A DNA stretch of 63,521 bases, filler included, from Collodictyon triciliatum (GCA_043381765.1; 6 parts of 6 records of this genome joined end to end with filler, not necessarily neighbours in it); one strand, 5' to 3'; numbered from the whole stretch's first letter, positions 30,842-50,493 are shown. Numbers and translations are program-made. Notes: generated from the sequence alone by a model not told the origin.

Positions 30842-33421
30842 TCAAGCAGAGTCAATAGCCATGTCTAGAAGGCCAAGATGCTCCCTGGTTGGGATGCAAT
30901 CCAAGACAAACGCCGCACCCCCACGAGTAAATTTGTTGTGAATGGCGCGAAGGCGGTTATTTGTATTGCTTTGTGTATAAGAAGAGACAAGAATTAGTAA
31001 TACAAGAATGTCAACGAATTTTTCGGATATACCTTTCGGTTATGTTATGAAGTTAAAATGGGCTCGCCTTATTGTATGAAAATGAATGAGATATCGAGAA
31101 AAAGATAACAGAATACAATGTACAAGAAAAAAACCTCGCTCTGTTTGTGATCAAGACATCACAGAGAATACGAATGCAGTCTCTCAAATCAGCGAGGCGG
31201 TATTTTGTACAGTGCACCATAGTTGGACTCCAAATTTCCGGTAGATCGATTAACAGAGCAGTCAGAGCGACGCAGCTGGCGGCGATGCATGAGGGCCTAA
31301 GCCCAACCAGCCTATAATCAAGCAACGACAGGTCGCAGATGTACTGAAAAGTTAAGGAATGTAAATACTGATGTCTTATGGGAGATGGGAGATGGGAGAT
31401 GGGAGATGGGAGATGGGAGATGGGAGATGGGAGATGGGAGATGGGAGATGGGAGATGGGAGATGGGAGATGGGAGANNNNNNNNNNNNNNNNNNNNNNNN
31501 NNNNNNNNNNNNNNNNNNNNNNNNNNNNNNNNNNNNNNNNNNNNNNNNNNNNNNNNNNNNNNNNNNNNNNNNNNNNAGAGATGAGAGATGAGAGATGAGA
31601 GATGAGAGATGAGAGATGAGAGATGAGAGATGAGAGATGAGAGATGAGAGATGAGAGATGAGAGATGAGAGATGAATTAAAGGTTGATGATGTAAGTAAG
31701 AACTCTAAGCAAAAGGATACGATAGCAATTTGGCTCATCATGTGGTCCAAATCGTGTGCCAATAAAAATCTTCTCAAGAAGTAGCGAGATGTCGGCATAG
31801 ACACCTCAAACTTGAAAGCTCTCAGAATTTTTAATTCCATCTCGAGAATCTGAGAATTGAAAGAAAACATTCAGGGAAAAGGTATTTGGTAATCCTTGGG
31901 TAAGAATTGATTGACGTATATGGCACATGGGCCATCGATTACTGGCATTTAATGATCATCGAGGAAACATACATTGGCCACGCTATATGCGTTATCCGTC
32001 ATCAGTGCCATGTCATTCACGCGTACAGGGTGAATCTCTTCAAATTTTCTAGTGTTTAAGAGTTAAGTTGTCTCCAAAACTGACTTCAACTCTAATAAGT
32101 GATTATCATTTGTGAATGGAACAGATGATATTTTCGAGGAACATATACATATCGATGAGACTTGTGAAAAAGTGGAGAAAAATTACGATGCGATGAAGAA
32201 ACAAGCCACTCCAACCAACTGTAGGTTTTTGCGGACAACTGATTCCAAAGACAGAAAGCGATCGATCAGACCAATAGTGATGTACAAAGTATCAGATGAT
32301 GCACGAAGTTCTGCTGCGACATCAACTAGCCAATCAATGAGGATTCCTCTCATATTCGAGGTAATATCGGCCTGAACAGTCTTCATATATTCAGGATTTG
32401 CCATTTTCTTTCCCTAAGAGTTTTAAAAATATTGGAAAATTTTGTAGAAGTTAGGCTTCTTCTGATAATGTACAGGGACTGAGCGAAGGATCCAGAAAAA
32501 GAATGTGAAGACAGGTCATTATGAATTTTCATCGAACAGTCACGAAAAAAAATATACGATACACAAACCTCATTTCCAAGAAGGTGCTCCGTGATATCAT
32601 CTATGTACTCAGATGCGTGCATGATGTCTTCTCTGTCTTGGTCAGTAATGCGAATGCTGTGGGTCGGCTTCGATGCATCTAATCGGTGAGTTTAAAGCAG
32701 CAGGCATTTAGAAATTAAAATAGACATTTATATGGGAATTCACGTTTGGAATGAAGCGGGTTACCCTCCAGCTGTAGAATAGGCATTTCCAAGGACACAT
32801 CCAGGTCAGACATAAGAGGTTGTTTGTTTTCTTTTGGGCTAATTATAGAGTCAGAGGAGAAGGAGTTTTCTATAGCTTCAAAAGAGTAGTTGCACGAGTC
32901 TATGGAGAGGCGATCAATCTTCTCCAGGTTATGGGCAACTTCGTCCTTCGACATGTTGGCGGTCGTATCTGCAGGGGCTTTTTGTTGTGCAAGCACAGCC
33001 ATGTGGCTGTGGACTCCCGATGGGTCTACAAACACTGAATGGATCTGAGGATCCATATTAGACTTTGCCTTGGTGTCGAGTGTGCTGGACTGGCCGAGAG
33101 GAACACTCAACCCAACCTTTTGGGGTCGCGAAAATTCAGTGGCAACCTTGAGAAAGAGTCAGACAGTTTTACTCAGGGGAGCTTCTCAGTTATCAATTCT
33201 TCAGACAACTGAAGGAAAGATGACACCAGGGAAGGGTACTAAATGGATTTTGCTGTGTATAAGAAAAATATTTTGCAATCATTTACCATGCTTATAGAAG
33301 CGGCTGGTCTAGACTGAGCGGCCAGGTGTTGCACTCTAACAGTCTTTTCGATGGCCGGCCTCTTAGCTGGTAGTATACTTTCTCTTTCAATACCTCGCTG
33401 TTGTGTTCTGGAGACGGACAT
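30842..33421 (-). CDS. A/B-type (probably A-type) cyclin
   Basis: Cyclin box [12 protein letters not shown]...[20 protein letters not shown]...MELKIL; second fold [10 protein letters not shown]...PSCIAASCV...WSPTM; KEN motif in the N-terminal region; stop TGA at 30842-30844. Confidence 0.9.
31344..31720 (-). other. U12-type GT-AG intron in the cyclin gene
   Basis: Donor GTATCCTTT; branch point TTCCTTAAC ending 7 nt before the exon; in-frame join [12 protein letters not shown]. Confidence 0.92.
31378..31675. repeat. Heptamer satellite (GAGATGG)n/(GAGATGA)n inside the U12 intron
   Basis: Directly visible; two unit variants on either side of a gap. Confidence 0.95.
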
Positions 33422-33711
33422 TTCTCAACTTTGGGTACTTTAATTTGCTGGTCAAGGGACTACCTATTATATACGTGTGAATAAGATCATAAAGCCTGAG
33501 CATGTGTGAATTCTTCATTGATCGAGCAAAAGGCTTTTGAAAGGAGATGAAAGGAGCGCGTTGAAAAGGGCACAATACAGATCGCCATATCTCACGCAAC
33601 TTCGAGTAAGTTTTTTTGTTTTTTGTTTTTTGTTTTTTGTTTTTTGTTTTTTGTTTTTTGTTTTTTGTTTTTTGTTTTTTGTTTTTTGTTTTTTGTTTTT
33701 TGTTTTTTTTT

Positions 33712-33811
33712 NNNNNNNNNNNNNNNNNNNNNNNNNNNNNNNNNNNNNNNNNNNNTTAATTAATTAANNNNNNNNNNNNNNNNNNNNNNNNNNNNNNNNN
33801 NNNNNNNNNNN
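33712..33811. other. Artificial scaffold-joining linker
   Basis: 44 N + TTAATTAATTAA + 44 N. Confidence 0.95.
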
Positions 33812-34001
33812 TTTCTTTTTTCTTTTCTTTTTTCTTTTCTTTTTTCTTTTCTTTTTTCTTTTCTTTTTTCTTTTCTTTTTTCTTTTTCCTTTTTCCTTTT
33901 CTTTTTTTCTTTTGTTTTCTCTCAATAGATGCTTCGTTGGTCTCTAAAAATTGTATCCATACTTTCGACTATATTGCTCATTCCAAATTTCATAAATGTA
34001 G

Positions 34002-39946
<5,945 letters not shown>

Positions 39947-40192
39947 TCTTTTTCACCATGCTGCTCCACCTCAAAATATGGGGAAGAAAGACAGGATAAC
40001 CCACAGAAAAAACCAAATAAAAATAATAGATACAAGCATATTACACATCGTTCTCAATATGTTGCTAGTAGGATTAGAATCATAGAATGATTCCATTAAA
40101 TGTAAGCTGAAACCATTTATCTGGTGTGTGTGTGTGTGTGTGCGTAAATTTAGGTGCTTGAGGGCTAAACGTTTTTTGTTTTTTTTTTTTTT

Positions 40193-40228
<36 letters not shown>

Positions 40229-40328
40229 NNNNNNNNNNNNNNNNNNNNNNNNNNNNNNNNNNNNNNNNNNNNTTAATTAATTAANNNNNNNNNNNNNNNN
40301 NNNNNNNNNNNNNNNNNNNNNNNNNNNN
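40229..40328. other. Artificial scaffold-joining linker
   Basis: 44 N + TTAATTAATTAA + 44 N. Confidence 0.95.
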
Positions 40329-40403
40329 TTTTTATTTTTTTATTTTTTTATTTTTTTATTTTTTTATTTTTTTATTTTTTTATTTTTTTTTTTTTTATTT
40401 TTT

Positions 40404-40463
<60 letters not shown>

Positions 40464-40481
40464 TTAAATAAGATAAAGAAA

Positions 40482-43400
40482 TTACTCGTCATCTCTTTCA
40501 AATAGTGAAAGCAAATAGTCCTTCTGATAAATCAGACTTTCACATGTATTTTCTCTTCGGTACAAAATCTCCTTCCAATGACGAATCTCCTGTGAATCAT
40601 GATTGCAACCAGGGCATATAAATGTTACGAGAAATAGATTAATAAGAATACGAATAAAAATAAAAAAAAAAACGTTAAGCCCTTGCCCAATTTTCTGCAT
40701 GTTTATCTTTCATAAAAAAAAAATTATGTTATATGGAATAACCTTCCGGGCATTTTGATTTTCCAATTCAAGTTCTACGATGCAATTTAATTTTATTACT
40801 ATTCTTTATTAGGGTAACTTTGTTTTATTTCAACAGTACGAATATAATCATGATTTTTATGAGTCATAAACCTTTGTATGATATGTGGGATATACTCATG
40901 TACCTGTGAAATAGTTCTTTATTAGAGACTCCACTTCTTGCAAATCCGTCGAGTTATCCAATATAACTTGGACGGCAGGCAAGAAGGATATGATTTCCTG
41001 AAGCAGGTCTTCAAGTCTGTTTCATTACAGCGATATAATGAATATTTTTATTGGGACGGAAAATGAAAAAGAGAGGAAAGATATCATTTTGTTAACTGTT
41101 TGTGCATTGACGATTAGGAAGGAATATTCATAAACCTAATAAAAGAGGAGTTGAAAGAGTCTGAGATAATAAACGATGTTTTCAATTAAGACCAAAAGTA
41201 TCAACATCTTACTCTGCTTTTCGGCTGATGATAAATTCAATATTGGAAGACGTATCCATGTCCTTTTAGAATAACATATTTTTCAGGAAATATAAAAGTG
41301 TTTCAAATATATGAACAATCGGTATGATAAATTAAGTAGATGATGTTAATAGTAATGGCAATAGTAATAGTAAAAGTAAAAGTAAAAGTCTAGAGAATAC
41401 CAATTACATTAGTGAGTTGGGTAGAAGAAACAAAGGATAATTCTTATTTACATCCAAGAGAGGAGAATGGGTTATCAAAATAAAATCATAGTGAAAGGGA
41501 TAGTATCATAGAAGAAAAATGAATGAAAATCAACGAATTGTCCATGGAAGATGATTACTTTTGTAGGCTCAGACAAAGCAGACCAAGACTGGCGGCCATG
41601 ATTCGGAGATGTGGTGGATATATTCGCAGAGTGAGATAGGTCAGATTTTTTCTCTTGAATTGGTTTATATACAACCTTATTAGGCGAGTGTTCGATCTTC
41701 TTGTCAACATCAACTTGAGTTCTGTGTGAATGGAGAAAACATCAAATTTAGTGAAGAACATACATATTGCTATCATAATTAGGAAAACATAAGCCACATA
41801 TATAAGTATATTTATGATCAGGATGAATTGTTAGATGTTTTAATCTTGCCCCTGATGAAATTAAGTGAAATGATAAAAATGGTGCGGAATGGATTTGCAC
41901 TATTCTACTGCCGAACTCACTTTGTCACTGATGGAGTTTGGTCTCCACCTTTCAGCTTGCTTAACAGCTCATATGTAATACCTAAAATAATAGTAACCAT
42001 AATCAATTTGAAATGTCATCCAGAATTTTGCAGTGGCTTTTAATTAATGATGTGTCAATAAATACAAAGTGCTATAGTGATAATTGTGTTAACTGCATAC
42101 TTCGATTTCCAACTCGCATCGATGAATCTGGCTCTGGGCTTTGCGATGTATTTTCCTCATGTCGCATACTCTTAAGCTGGGCTATATCCTCATCGCGCAG
42201 ACGCAAGAGATGTTGTAGATTCTCCAGTTCCTATGTGGTTTAAACTGTGTGACAAAGACATTCTCGTAGGTGCCATATTTGTTTACCTACTTATACATCT
42301 TTTAATTTATGGTAATTTTCAATCCATTTTGCCCACCAGATGAAGGGACATCCTTTGGGCTTCCCATATTCTTTTGGCTTCGCTGTAGGCATTACCCAGG
42401 ATGAAATCTGTTGCTCTGGCGTCACGGGGATATGTAACCAACTATGTTATTTTTTCCGCATCATTAAAATAAGCGAATGGAGGGAAAAAATACATGTAAC
42501 CGTATTAATATTTGACAGAATGTATCGCAACTATGATGATTGGCAATACCTCTCTCAACTGCTCTCTCTCGTGAAGAAGAAGAGCTCGCTCTTGTTCCCA
42601 CGATTTACGAGATTGAATGTATCTATTTTCCATTTGTCGGTATACTTCATTTTCTTCGCCCAAGCTGTTCAAGCCTCTCTGGAACTCGTCTAAATCGGTG
42701 TACGCTGCACCCAACTCTTTTTTTAACGTGCTTACTTGTTCTTTGTGTTGCTCAACCTCTATATCAGCGTAATTCAATGCATATTGCTTTGAATCTATTG
42801 TCTTGGTTTTGATTTCCAGCTCCGATAACAGTATGGAGACTCTGTTGTCTAGCTCAGCTTGTCTTTCATTCTGGGTTGATTGCATGCTCTTAAGCTTTCG
42901 AATCTGATTGTAATGATGGTGAGAAGGAGGGACCGACCACATAGACGTACTTGCAGACAAATAATTAAAAAATAACTAAAAAAAAAAAAAAGGAACTGAA
43001 AGAAAAACCTGTTCAACGACAGAAACAGTAAGTTCAGATATTGTGCGGGGTAGAACAAGCTCACGAACAAAAGGGTTTTGTCTCCATGAAGACATAGGAG
43101 AGCCGGGGGAGCCTCCCATTATAAGAGAGGGCTCTTTGTACGAAAATATAGAATGAGCATCCCGCAAGGCAGAAACAAGAATTTTTAAAATAGTTTCTCT
43201 TTCATATTGCAGAGCATAGGTTATCAACTTCCACTGAGAACACAACTCGGTGAGGGTTAACTCAATGTCAGAAAGGGATTCATCATCATTAGATTCTGTC
43301 TCTACCTCAGACATCTCGCTTCTATTACAATAAATGCCCATTGAATTAATGGAAGAAGAATAATATTATATTAACAGCCTTAGAATCAACTTAGTTATTC

Positions 43401-46400
43401 TGGGTTTAGATTTTAGCTTTACATTTCTCTTCAAAATACCATAATATAATGAAATGAAATATACATTTCGACATGGTAGGAAATAATTATAATACGATGT
43501 TACAGGCTCTTACAATTCTTTAACGATAGATAAGCTAAGCTGGATATTCGGTAGGCTATCCAATGACTCGAGTACGACAACACTTTTTTCTATAATGGAT
43601 CCAATCCCATCCATTTCTTTCTACAATCAAAATTGGCGTTATTTGAAATAAATCCCCACATTTCTTCTTCATTATGGTACATTAAACTTAATATTTTGAA
43701 GGAAATATATTTTATGAAAGAAAAGGGTTACCTGCAAAGTGTCCCGATGGGACTGCGTATTTTGGAGGTCTGACTGAAGAGATTGAAGCTTTTCTTCAAA
43801 TTCTACTTTTGCAATAGAATGTTCTGTCTTTTTCCTTTCATATTCTTTCGCCATGGAACTGTGTCTTTCGTACAGAATTTGATAGCTATCTTTCAATCTC
43901 TGCAATTCTTGTCTCTCTTCATTCAGAGACTTTTGAGACGACTCCAAAGCGTCTTGTAACTTGGAGCACTTGTCTTGGACAGACAAGAGTTCATCTCTAA
44001 GCCTTTCATTGTCAATTTGTAGCGTAATAGACGCAGAATCAATCGTATCTTTCTCTTTTGATAGCAAATCTTTTACTTCCATGAGCAGAGCATATTTGTT
44101 ATTCATTTCTTGCAGGCTTTCAGAGTATGTCTTGATCCTCTTTTCATACTGCTCGTTTGTTCTCTGGAGGGTTTCACGTTGCTTTGATTGCTCGGACAGA
44201 GCGAATTGAAGTGTCTTTGTAGATATAAGCTGCTGTTCTACATTTTTCAGGAGGATTTGGTTTTCTGCTTCAAGATTACTTTTTTGGTCTGTGAGCGACA
44301 AGACACCCAAATTAACCTGTATCAGTTTCTTTTTGGATTCGTCTAGTTCCTCCTCCAAGTCTTTCACAAGCTCTTCATTCCGCTGTAATTCTGCCTGCAG
44401 TCTGCCGCTCAAGACTTTCTCTGCAGAAAACAACTTGGTTTGAGACTCTTTTTCAACAACAGCAATTCGATATTTCGTATCTAGTTCTTCAAATTTCTTT
44501 ATCAACTCCTCATTGTTGGCCAAAGATTCCTGAAGATTTTCTTCAACTTCAGCCAATATTTTGGATTGTTCATCCAATTTTTGCTGTGTGGATGTCATTT
44601 CTTCGCACGTTTGGGTATAACTTTTGCGAAGCTGTTCATACGTTTTTTCGAGGCTGGTGTACGCTTCTTCTTGATCTTGAACTGCTATTTTTGTCTGTCC
44701 GAGCTCAGTGAGAAGGCTACTTTGGGTACTTTGCAATTCATCAACTTGTTTTCCAAGTCTTTTGCACTCAGATTCGAAACTCAGTAGTCTGTCTTCAAGA
44801 TTTATGCTATTTGCCTTTTCTTGGTCGAGTGATTCGGCCAAAATGTGGATTCGCTCCATATATTGGGATGTAGAGTATTCTGTGGATGACGATCGAATTG
44901 TTAAATCCTCATATCGAGCTTTTAGTGACCGATAGTCTCTCGTCAGGGATGCAAGTGCACTTGATGTTTCCTCCAATGTCTGCTGAAGGCTGTCTCGCTC
45001 AGATGATAAAACCTGGCACTTTGTAAGAACTTTATTCATCTCTAGTTTGCTCTCAAATACTATACGGCGAGCCTCCATTAGTCCCTGTCGACAATCAGCT
45101 TCACTCTGCTTTGATATGGCAAACTCCTTCTCTGACCTTTCCAGTTGAATCTCCATTTGATGCCTCTCAAACAGCAGTCTTTCAATCTGGATGCTCATCT
45201 GATTCATCTTGCCCGCTAGTACATCCAGTTCTTGTTGCTGTTGAGACAACCTCTCTAGCCTTGTCTTTGGGTCTAGGCCGGCAGATTTGGAAAGCTGAGA
45301 TGGAGATACTGTTCTGGTGCCACCAGTAGCGTTGTTCATTGTGTGTGAAGGAGGAGACCTTTGCAGGCTTTGTGTGAATGAACTACTTTGTGCTACAGCA
45401 GCGACACTATTGTCAGATTGATTAAGCCGCTGGCTCTCCTGGAATGACATAGTGGAACCAATTAATTGGCTATGATGACTCCTGGCGGAGGTCAATGAAG
45501 CGGTATCGGTCATAATACGTAATCGGTCGATCTCTCGCAGGTACGTATCTTTTTCCAATTCTCTGTCCACTTTTAGTCTTTCGATGGTTGTTTTCAAGTC
45601 TTTGTTCTCTCTGCTGCAAGAATCAAGGGCCAATTCAAGATCGTATATTTTCTCAAGTAATTCAGCTTCAGTGACCGAAAAAACAGATAAATTAGTCGTC
45701 AGTGCCCCTGCCCCAGAATCCCTTCTTTCTTTTGTATAGCGCACGTAATGTTTTTCAAGGTTTGAGTTTTCAACAATTGGGGTTTCAGAGCTTTCAAGAG
45801 AGGATATGTGGGACATTGTTTTGCGTCCATTTTCATAATCTTTCGAGTCTTCAATGAGCTCTGAATCAAATGAATCGTGAGAGTATTTTTGGCCGAATCC
45901 ATACTCTGCTATAAGCTGAGAATTCCTCATCTCTGAGAGTTTTGCTTCGAGTTGGTGCACCATCTGCTTTGACTCGTCTAGTTCACCAGATTTTGCCTCT
46001 AATCTTCCAGCATCACTTGCTATCTTTGACTGATATAGATGAATACGACTTTCGAGTACTTCTTTTTCTGTCTTTCGAACTTCGACTTGTGCCTTAAGGC
46101 GGCCGTTTTCCTCTTGAAGCCTGCGATATTCAGCGTGCAAATCGATGTTACGAGTTTCAGAACCTCGCCCACTTGATTGATTCAATATATCCAACTCCTT
46201 TTCTAATTCTTTTAGCCTATTCTGGCTGATTAGGAGGTCTTCTCTCAATTGATTCCTCTCTGCATCGATGACCTGATTGCGAGACTGCAGGCTGTCATTC
46301 ATATTTCTCATATCTTCGACCTGCTCTTCGTAGTGAGTAATCTTCTCTAGTAGCTCATCCACTTCTCTTTTCTTTTCAACCAACATGGATGCCACAAGGG

Positions 46401-47130
46401 TCGACTTATTCTCCAGTGGGCCATTCACCTCTTCTTTAGCAATGTCTTCCCTGAATTGATAAGCGGTATCTTGTTTCTTGTAGGATAGCTCTCTTGATGA
46501 TGTCATCTCTATACCGATTGGATTTTCAAAAGAATCTATGCCAGTTTCAGCAGGCGCAACAAAATGCAGCTTTCTTTGCAGAGAATTTACCTTTACGTCT
46601 GCCATAATTCCTTTCTGCACTGTTGACTGCAGCAAATCCTCTAAACTCTTAATATAACTGTCCCTTTTAGCCAACTCCTCTCGTAGGTTGTGGATTGAAT
46701 CCTGCTCCATCGGCACAGAATGGGCAAGCCGCTTGTTTTCATCTTCTAATTCCCGGACTCGGCTCTGAAGCTGTGATATTTGTTTAAGCAGTTCCTCCTC
46801 TCGCTGACGCTTTTCAGCTTCTACGATTTTGAGCCTTGCAGTTAGGTTATCACAAATCAACCCCACAGTAGTATAAGATTGCAGAACTTTTTCGTACTTT
46901 GTGGAGGGGTCCTCTGCAGAACTGTCGTTGTGTCTCATGGACTTTGTCAATTCTGAACACTCCAGTCCGTCATCTTCGTTTACATTATCATCATTAAAGT
47001 CGACAGTTGCACGGAACGATGCAAGATGGGATGATGGTGTATTTTGGCTGGGCGGGCGCTGAAAAGACCCGATAGATTCTTTTTCGTCTTCAAATTGGCC
47101 CTTCTCAGCTTCACCCAAGCCCCTACTTAT

Positions 47131-47162
<32 letters not shown>

Positions 47163-47541
47163 TGTCATCATATAAAAGATTTTGCTTCTCTGTGTTTGAG
47201 TAGCCTATTTGGGACAAAACTTTTGGTTCGATGGGAGTAACCAAGCGAGAATGTCTTGAGGGATCGATATTGGTGGGCTCGGTATAGACCCCTCTATTAG
47301 GTAGCTCGACTTTTCGAACAGGTGTACTCAGCTCCGCAGCATTCAATCCATCGCCCTATATCACCATTATTATGTTTGGTTTGAGATAAAATTGGCTCAG
47401 ATAAAATTGTTGCTCTCCAATTGTGCTTCTTTTTTCTTTCAACAAATACATATGAGGGCCATCTTTCTTTTCAGAATAAAAAAAAACCTCCAAAAGAGTG
47501 CGGTTATACGTAGCATTTGGTGAGTTGATGTAGGTCTCCAT
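40482..47541 (-). CDS. Large coiled-coil protein with C-terminal PACT-like motif (pericentrin/AKAP9/Pcp1-like), probably 3'-partial
   Basis: Likely start METYINSPNAT at 47541. A ~3.6 kb coiled-coil exon (ORF 43672-47346) is followed by small exons. The last visible exon (40486-40589) encodes LYRRENTCESLIYQKDYLLSL, resembling PACT LRAESFRKALIYQKKYLL. Not all intermediate exons were verified. Confidence 0.65.
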
Positions 47542-47708
47542 ATCGACTCTGATGGATAAGCAGGATAAATGCTTTGTGGGGAAAAAGAAGCTACAGTTTT
47601 TTAAATGTGTAATGATATTATGGCTAGCAGAGTTATATTGTACGTGGGGAAGAAAGCTGGAGCTGTGGTAGATTACTGGGCTGATGTGTGTCACCCACAT
47701 ACAACACC

Positions 47709-47764
<56 letters not shown>

Positions 47765-48724
47765 AAACAAAAACAACAACAAAAACAAAAACAAAAACAA
47801 AAACAAAAACAAAAACAAAAAAAGAAAAAAAAAAGAGAGAGGGAGAGAAGAAAAAAAAAGCAATAAGTCTCATAGAAGCAAGGGGAAAACTATAGAGCCA
47901 GGCCTCATCTACGCCAGGGAATGTTAAAAGTATAAGTGGGAAAGGAAAGGGAAAGAATACTCTAAGGTGTTCGTGTCTTTGAGGGTAACGAGCGTTTCCT
48001 TTTATTCTTTTTTGATCACTTCTATATTTGCCTTGCTCTTTTCGCTGTTTTTCTTTTTCGATTTTAGTCAGTTTTTAACTGGGCCTTTTCCTTTTTCTTG
48101 GTTTTCTCTATGATCATTTGTGGGAGCGAAAGAGAGAAAAAAAAAAAAGGAATGTATCCTGTCTTGCGATTGCTAAACTTCTGATTAGCTTTGCCAATGG
48201 TGGGTATTGCGTTGCCATCACCACCGACAGCTGAAAGCCAAAAACCCAGTGTGGCCGACAACCCAAGTGCTCCCAAGCTGGTTCGAGCACAAAGTCTTCC
48301 ACAAGAAGCGCAAAGATTCCACATCTGTGTTCCACATATGGCATGATATCTCGATCCGAGAACGCAACCGGGCTACCTGCGAGAGTCCTCTTCGGCCGCA
48401 TAGTCCTTACTCACTCAACAGGCGTTTTGCGGCTACTTTGTCTAGTCTTTTTTTTATACAACACTCCGCAGTACAGTTCGAAGCGGGGTGGATTCAAAGC
48501 ACAGCATGGATAATAGCAGAAAGCACTTCTCGCAGGCACAAATGATAACGGATCGAAAACAAGGAAAAGAACAAAGAACAGAGTAACTAGGGGAAGATAC
48601 CGGAGCGGTACTAGTACATTCAGAATGCTAAACCAAGCTAAAACAGCAGCAACAAGGACAGAAAGGACAAGGGAAGCAGCAATGGAAAGGGTAAGCAATT
48701 CCCGCATTCCCTGAATGCAGGCGC

Positions 48725-49438
48725 CTACTGATCCGGCAGGGAGCGGCGCTTCGCCTGGGTGTCCTCCGCGGGGTCCTCAGGCTGCAGCTCGGATAGCTCC
48801 AGGGGTCTCTTTGGGGGGGCGTCCAGCACAGGGGGGTCCTGCGTGTGGCCGGGGGCGGGCAGCAGGAGGAGGTCCTCGGGCTGCGCGGCAAAGAGCGTGT
48901 GGTCGTCGTGGACAAGCAGGCGCACGGCAAGGCCGCCGGTCTGTGGCTGGACGCTGACCTCCACGCGGCTCAGCACGTACGTCTGTCCCTGGCGATCCTG
49001 CACGCCCGCCCCGGCCACAAAGCCCTCCAGCTCCAGCCCCGCCACCGCCTGCAGCATCTGCTCCAACGCCTCCCGCCCAAAGTACACTGCCTCGGCCTCT
49101 GTGGCGACGCCTGTGGCCGCGATTGTGGCGCCCTCTGCTGTCTCGCCCGGCCACTGTGGTGCATCGCTGCTAAACTCCTCCAGGAAGCACCCGGGTCCTG
49201 CCTCGGCGTCGAGCAGCCCTCCGTGCTCGTTGTGCGGGAGGCTGAGGCTGCTGCTGCTGAAGCTGTCGTCGCAGGGATCGTGCGGTGGGTGGGCTGGGAA
49301 CCAACTGTCTAGGTCGGCGTGTCCGGGGTTTTCATCTGGCTTGTCGGACGGCCGGGAAGGCGATCTATTTCCGAATTGGGCTGCAGCCAGATGTGTGGCG
49401 GCGAATTCGTGCGGCTCGGTTGCTTGGTTGGCTGTCAT
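48725..49438 (-). CDS. Intronless GC-rich hypothetical protein (237 aa), acidic/disordered termini, possible bipartite NLS
   Basis: ATG-initiated ORF with strong G/C third-position bias. Central globular-looking segment YFGREALEQML...LEGFVAGAGVQDRQGQTYVLSRVEV; C-terminal PPKRP...AKRR. Confidence 0.6.
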   Translation of the reverse strand: MTANQATEPHEFAATHLAAAQFGNRSPSRPSDKPDENPGHADLDSWFPAHPPHDPCDDSFSSSSLSLPHNEHGGLLDAEAGPGCFLEEFSSDAPQWPGETAEGATIAATGVATEAEAVYFGREALEQMLQAVAGLELEGFVAGAGVQDRQGQTYVLSRVEVSVQPQTGGLAVRLLVHDDHTLFAAQPEDLLLLPAPGHTQDPPVLDAPPKRPLELSELQPEDPAEDTQAKRRSLPDQ

Positions 49439-50493
49439 CAGGGCGCAGCTTATGAGTGTGTGGGTGTATCCTTGTGTCTGTGCTACGAGGCCCGCCGGGT
49501 TGTGATCTTTGCGGTTTAAGTACTGGGGGCGCTTTAGTGCGTTGTCCCTTGTGGATCTAACGGGAAGAAAAAAATTATTGGTGGATGGTTCGTTTGCAAT
49601 GCAGGAGTTCGGTCAAGTCGGCTGCGGCGATCGCTCGAGCACATATATACAAATATCCAACATTTCGCTTATCCTATAGTATTTTTTGTCTCTGCTTTTG
49701 CTTGGGATATTTGGTCTCGTTGCGATTTTGAGGGCTTGCCATAGACCCTATGCGCGTTTTCCTATGATTTACTTGCTTCGTTTTGATAGTACTTTTAGAA
49801 TTGTCGCGCTGGCAACCACGAAACCATTACGTGAATTCGCTCGGGACTTGAATATCCCGCTCGTGAATCCATTTGCTTTATATATGTTTCCAGCCTGTGG
49901 TGCTCGAAAGTGTCTGCCCTATATATATGCGTGCAACTCACATGGATATTTTTTCCCGCCAAAATCCCATAAAATGGGGAGTTTATATACACTGGTGGGA
50001 ATATTTTGGCGGGAGAAAGCGTTTGTCGCGCGCAACTTACTTATGTGGCGGTGTTTATATACAACCCGCCCTGCGCGTCGAACATTCGATGCATTTTCCT
50101 GTGTATGGTTTGACCACAAATCTAATCTGGAAAATTCCACTTTTGTTATATTTCGTTACTGGCTTTGTGGAAATTATGCAGTGAAAGACGCCATGAAGAG
50201 GTTGTACCGTAATGTTGGAATATTGTAGAAGTCGGAACCAAATTTAGATGTGTTCTTTATCATTGTAATATTTGGTATTCTAAAACTTGATTGATGAGAC
50301 CCTTAAAATAATAAAACATGATAAAATAGTGTATTTATTTATATTTTCCATAAATGATAAATTCTGCAGTCGAAGGGCGCGTCGCCTAGGGTCTTCTTTC
50401 TCTTCTCGTATGGCCGTATCTACACATCGATTTATGGTATTTTCCAGCTATTATCGCGGCGGTACAAGGGCTGGTGACAGTCATGTGGTATCC

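Noticed and set aside
30098-30855. Several ORFs between SPTLC1 and the cyclin
   Set aside because: No recognisable motifs; the region fits convergent 3' UTRs
48114-48707. Hydrophobic and other short minus-strand ORFs downstream of the GC-rich gene
   Set aside because: No family motif or convincing splice model; may be UTR
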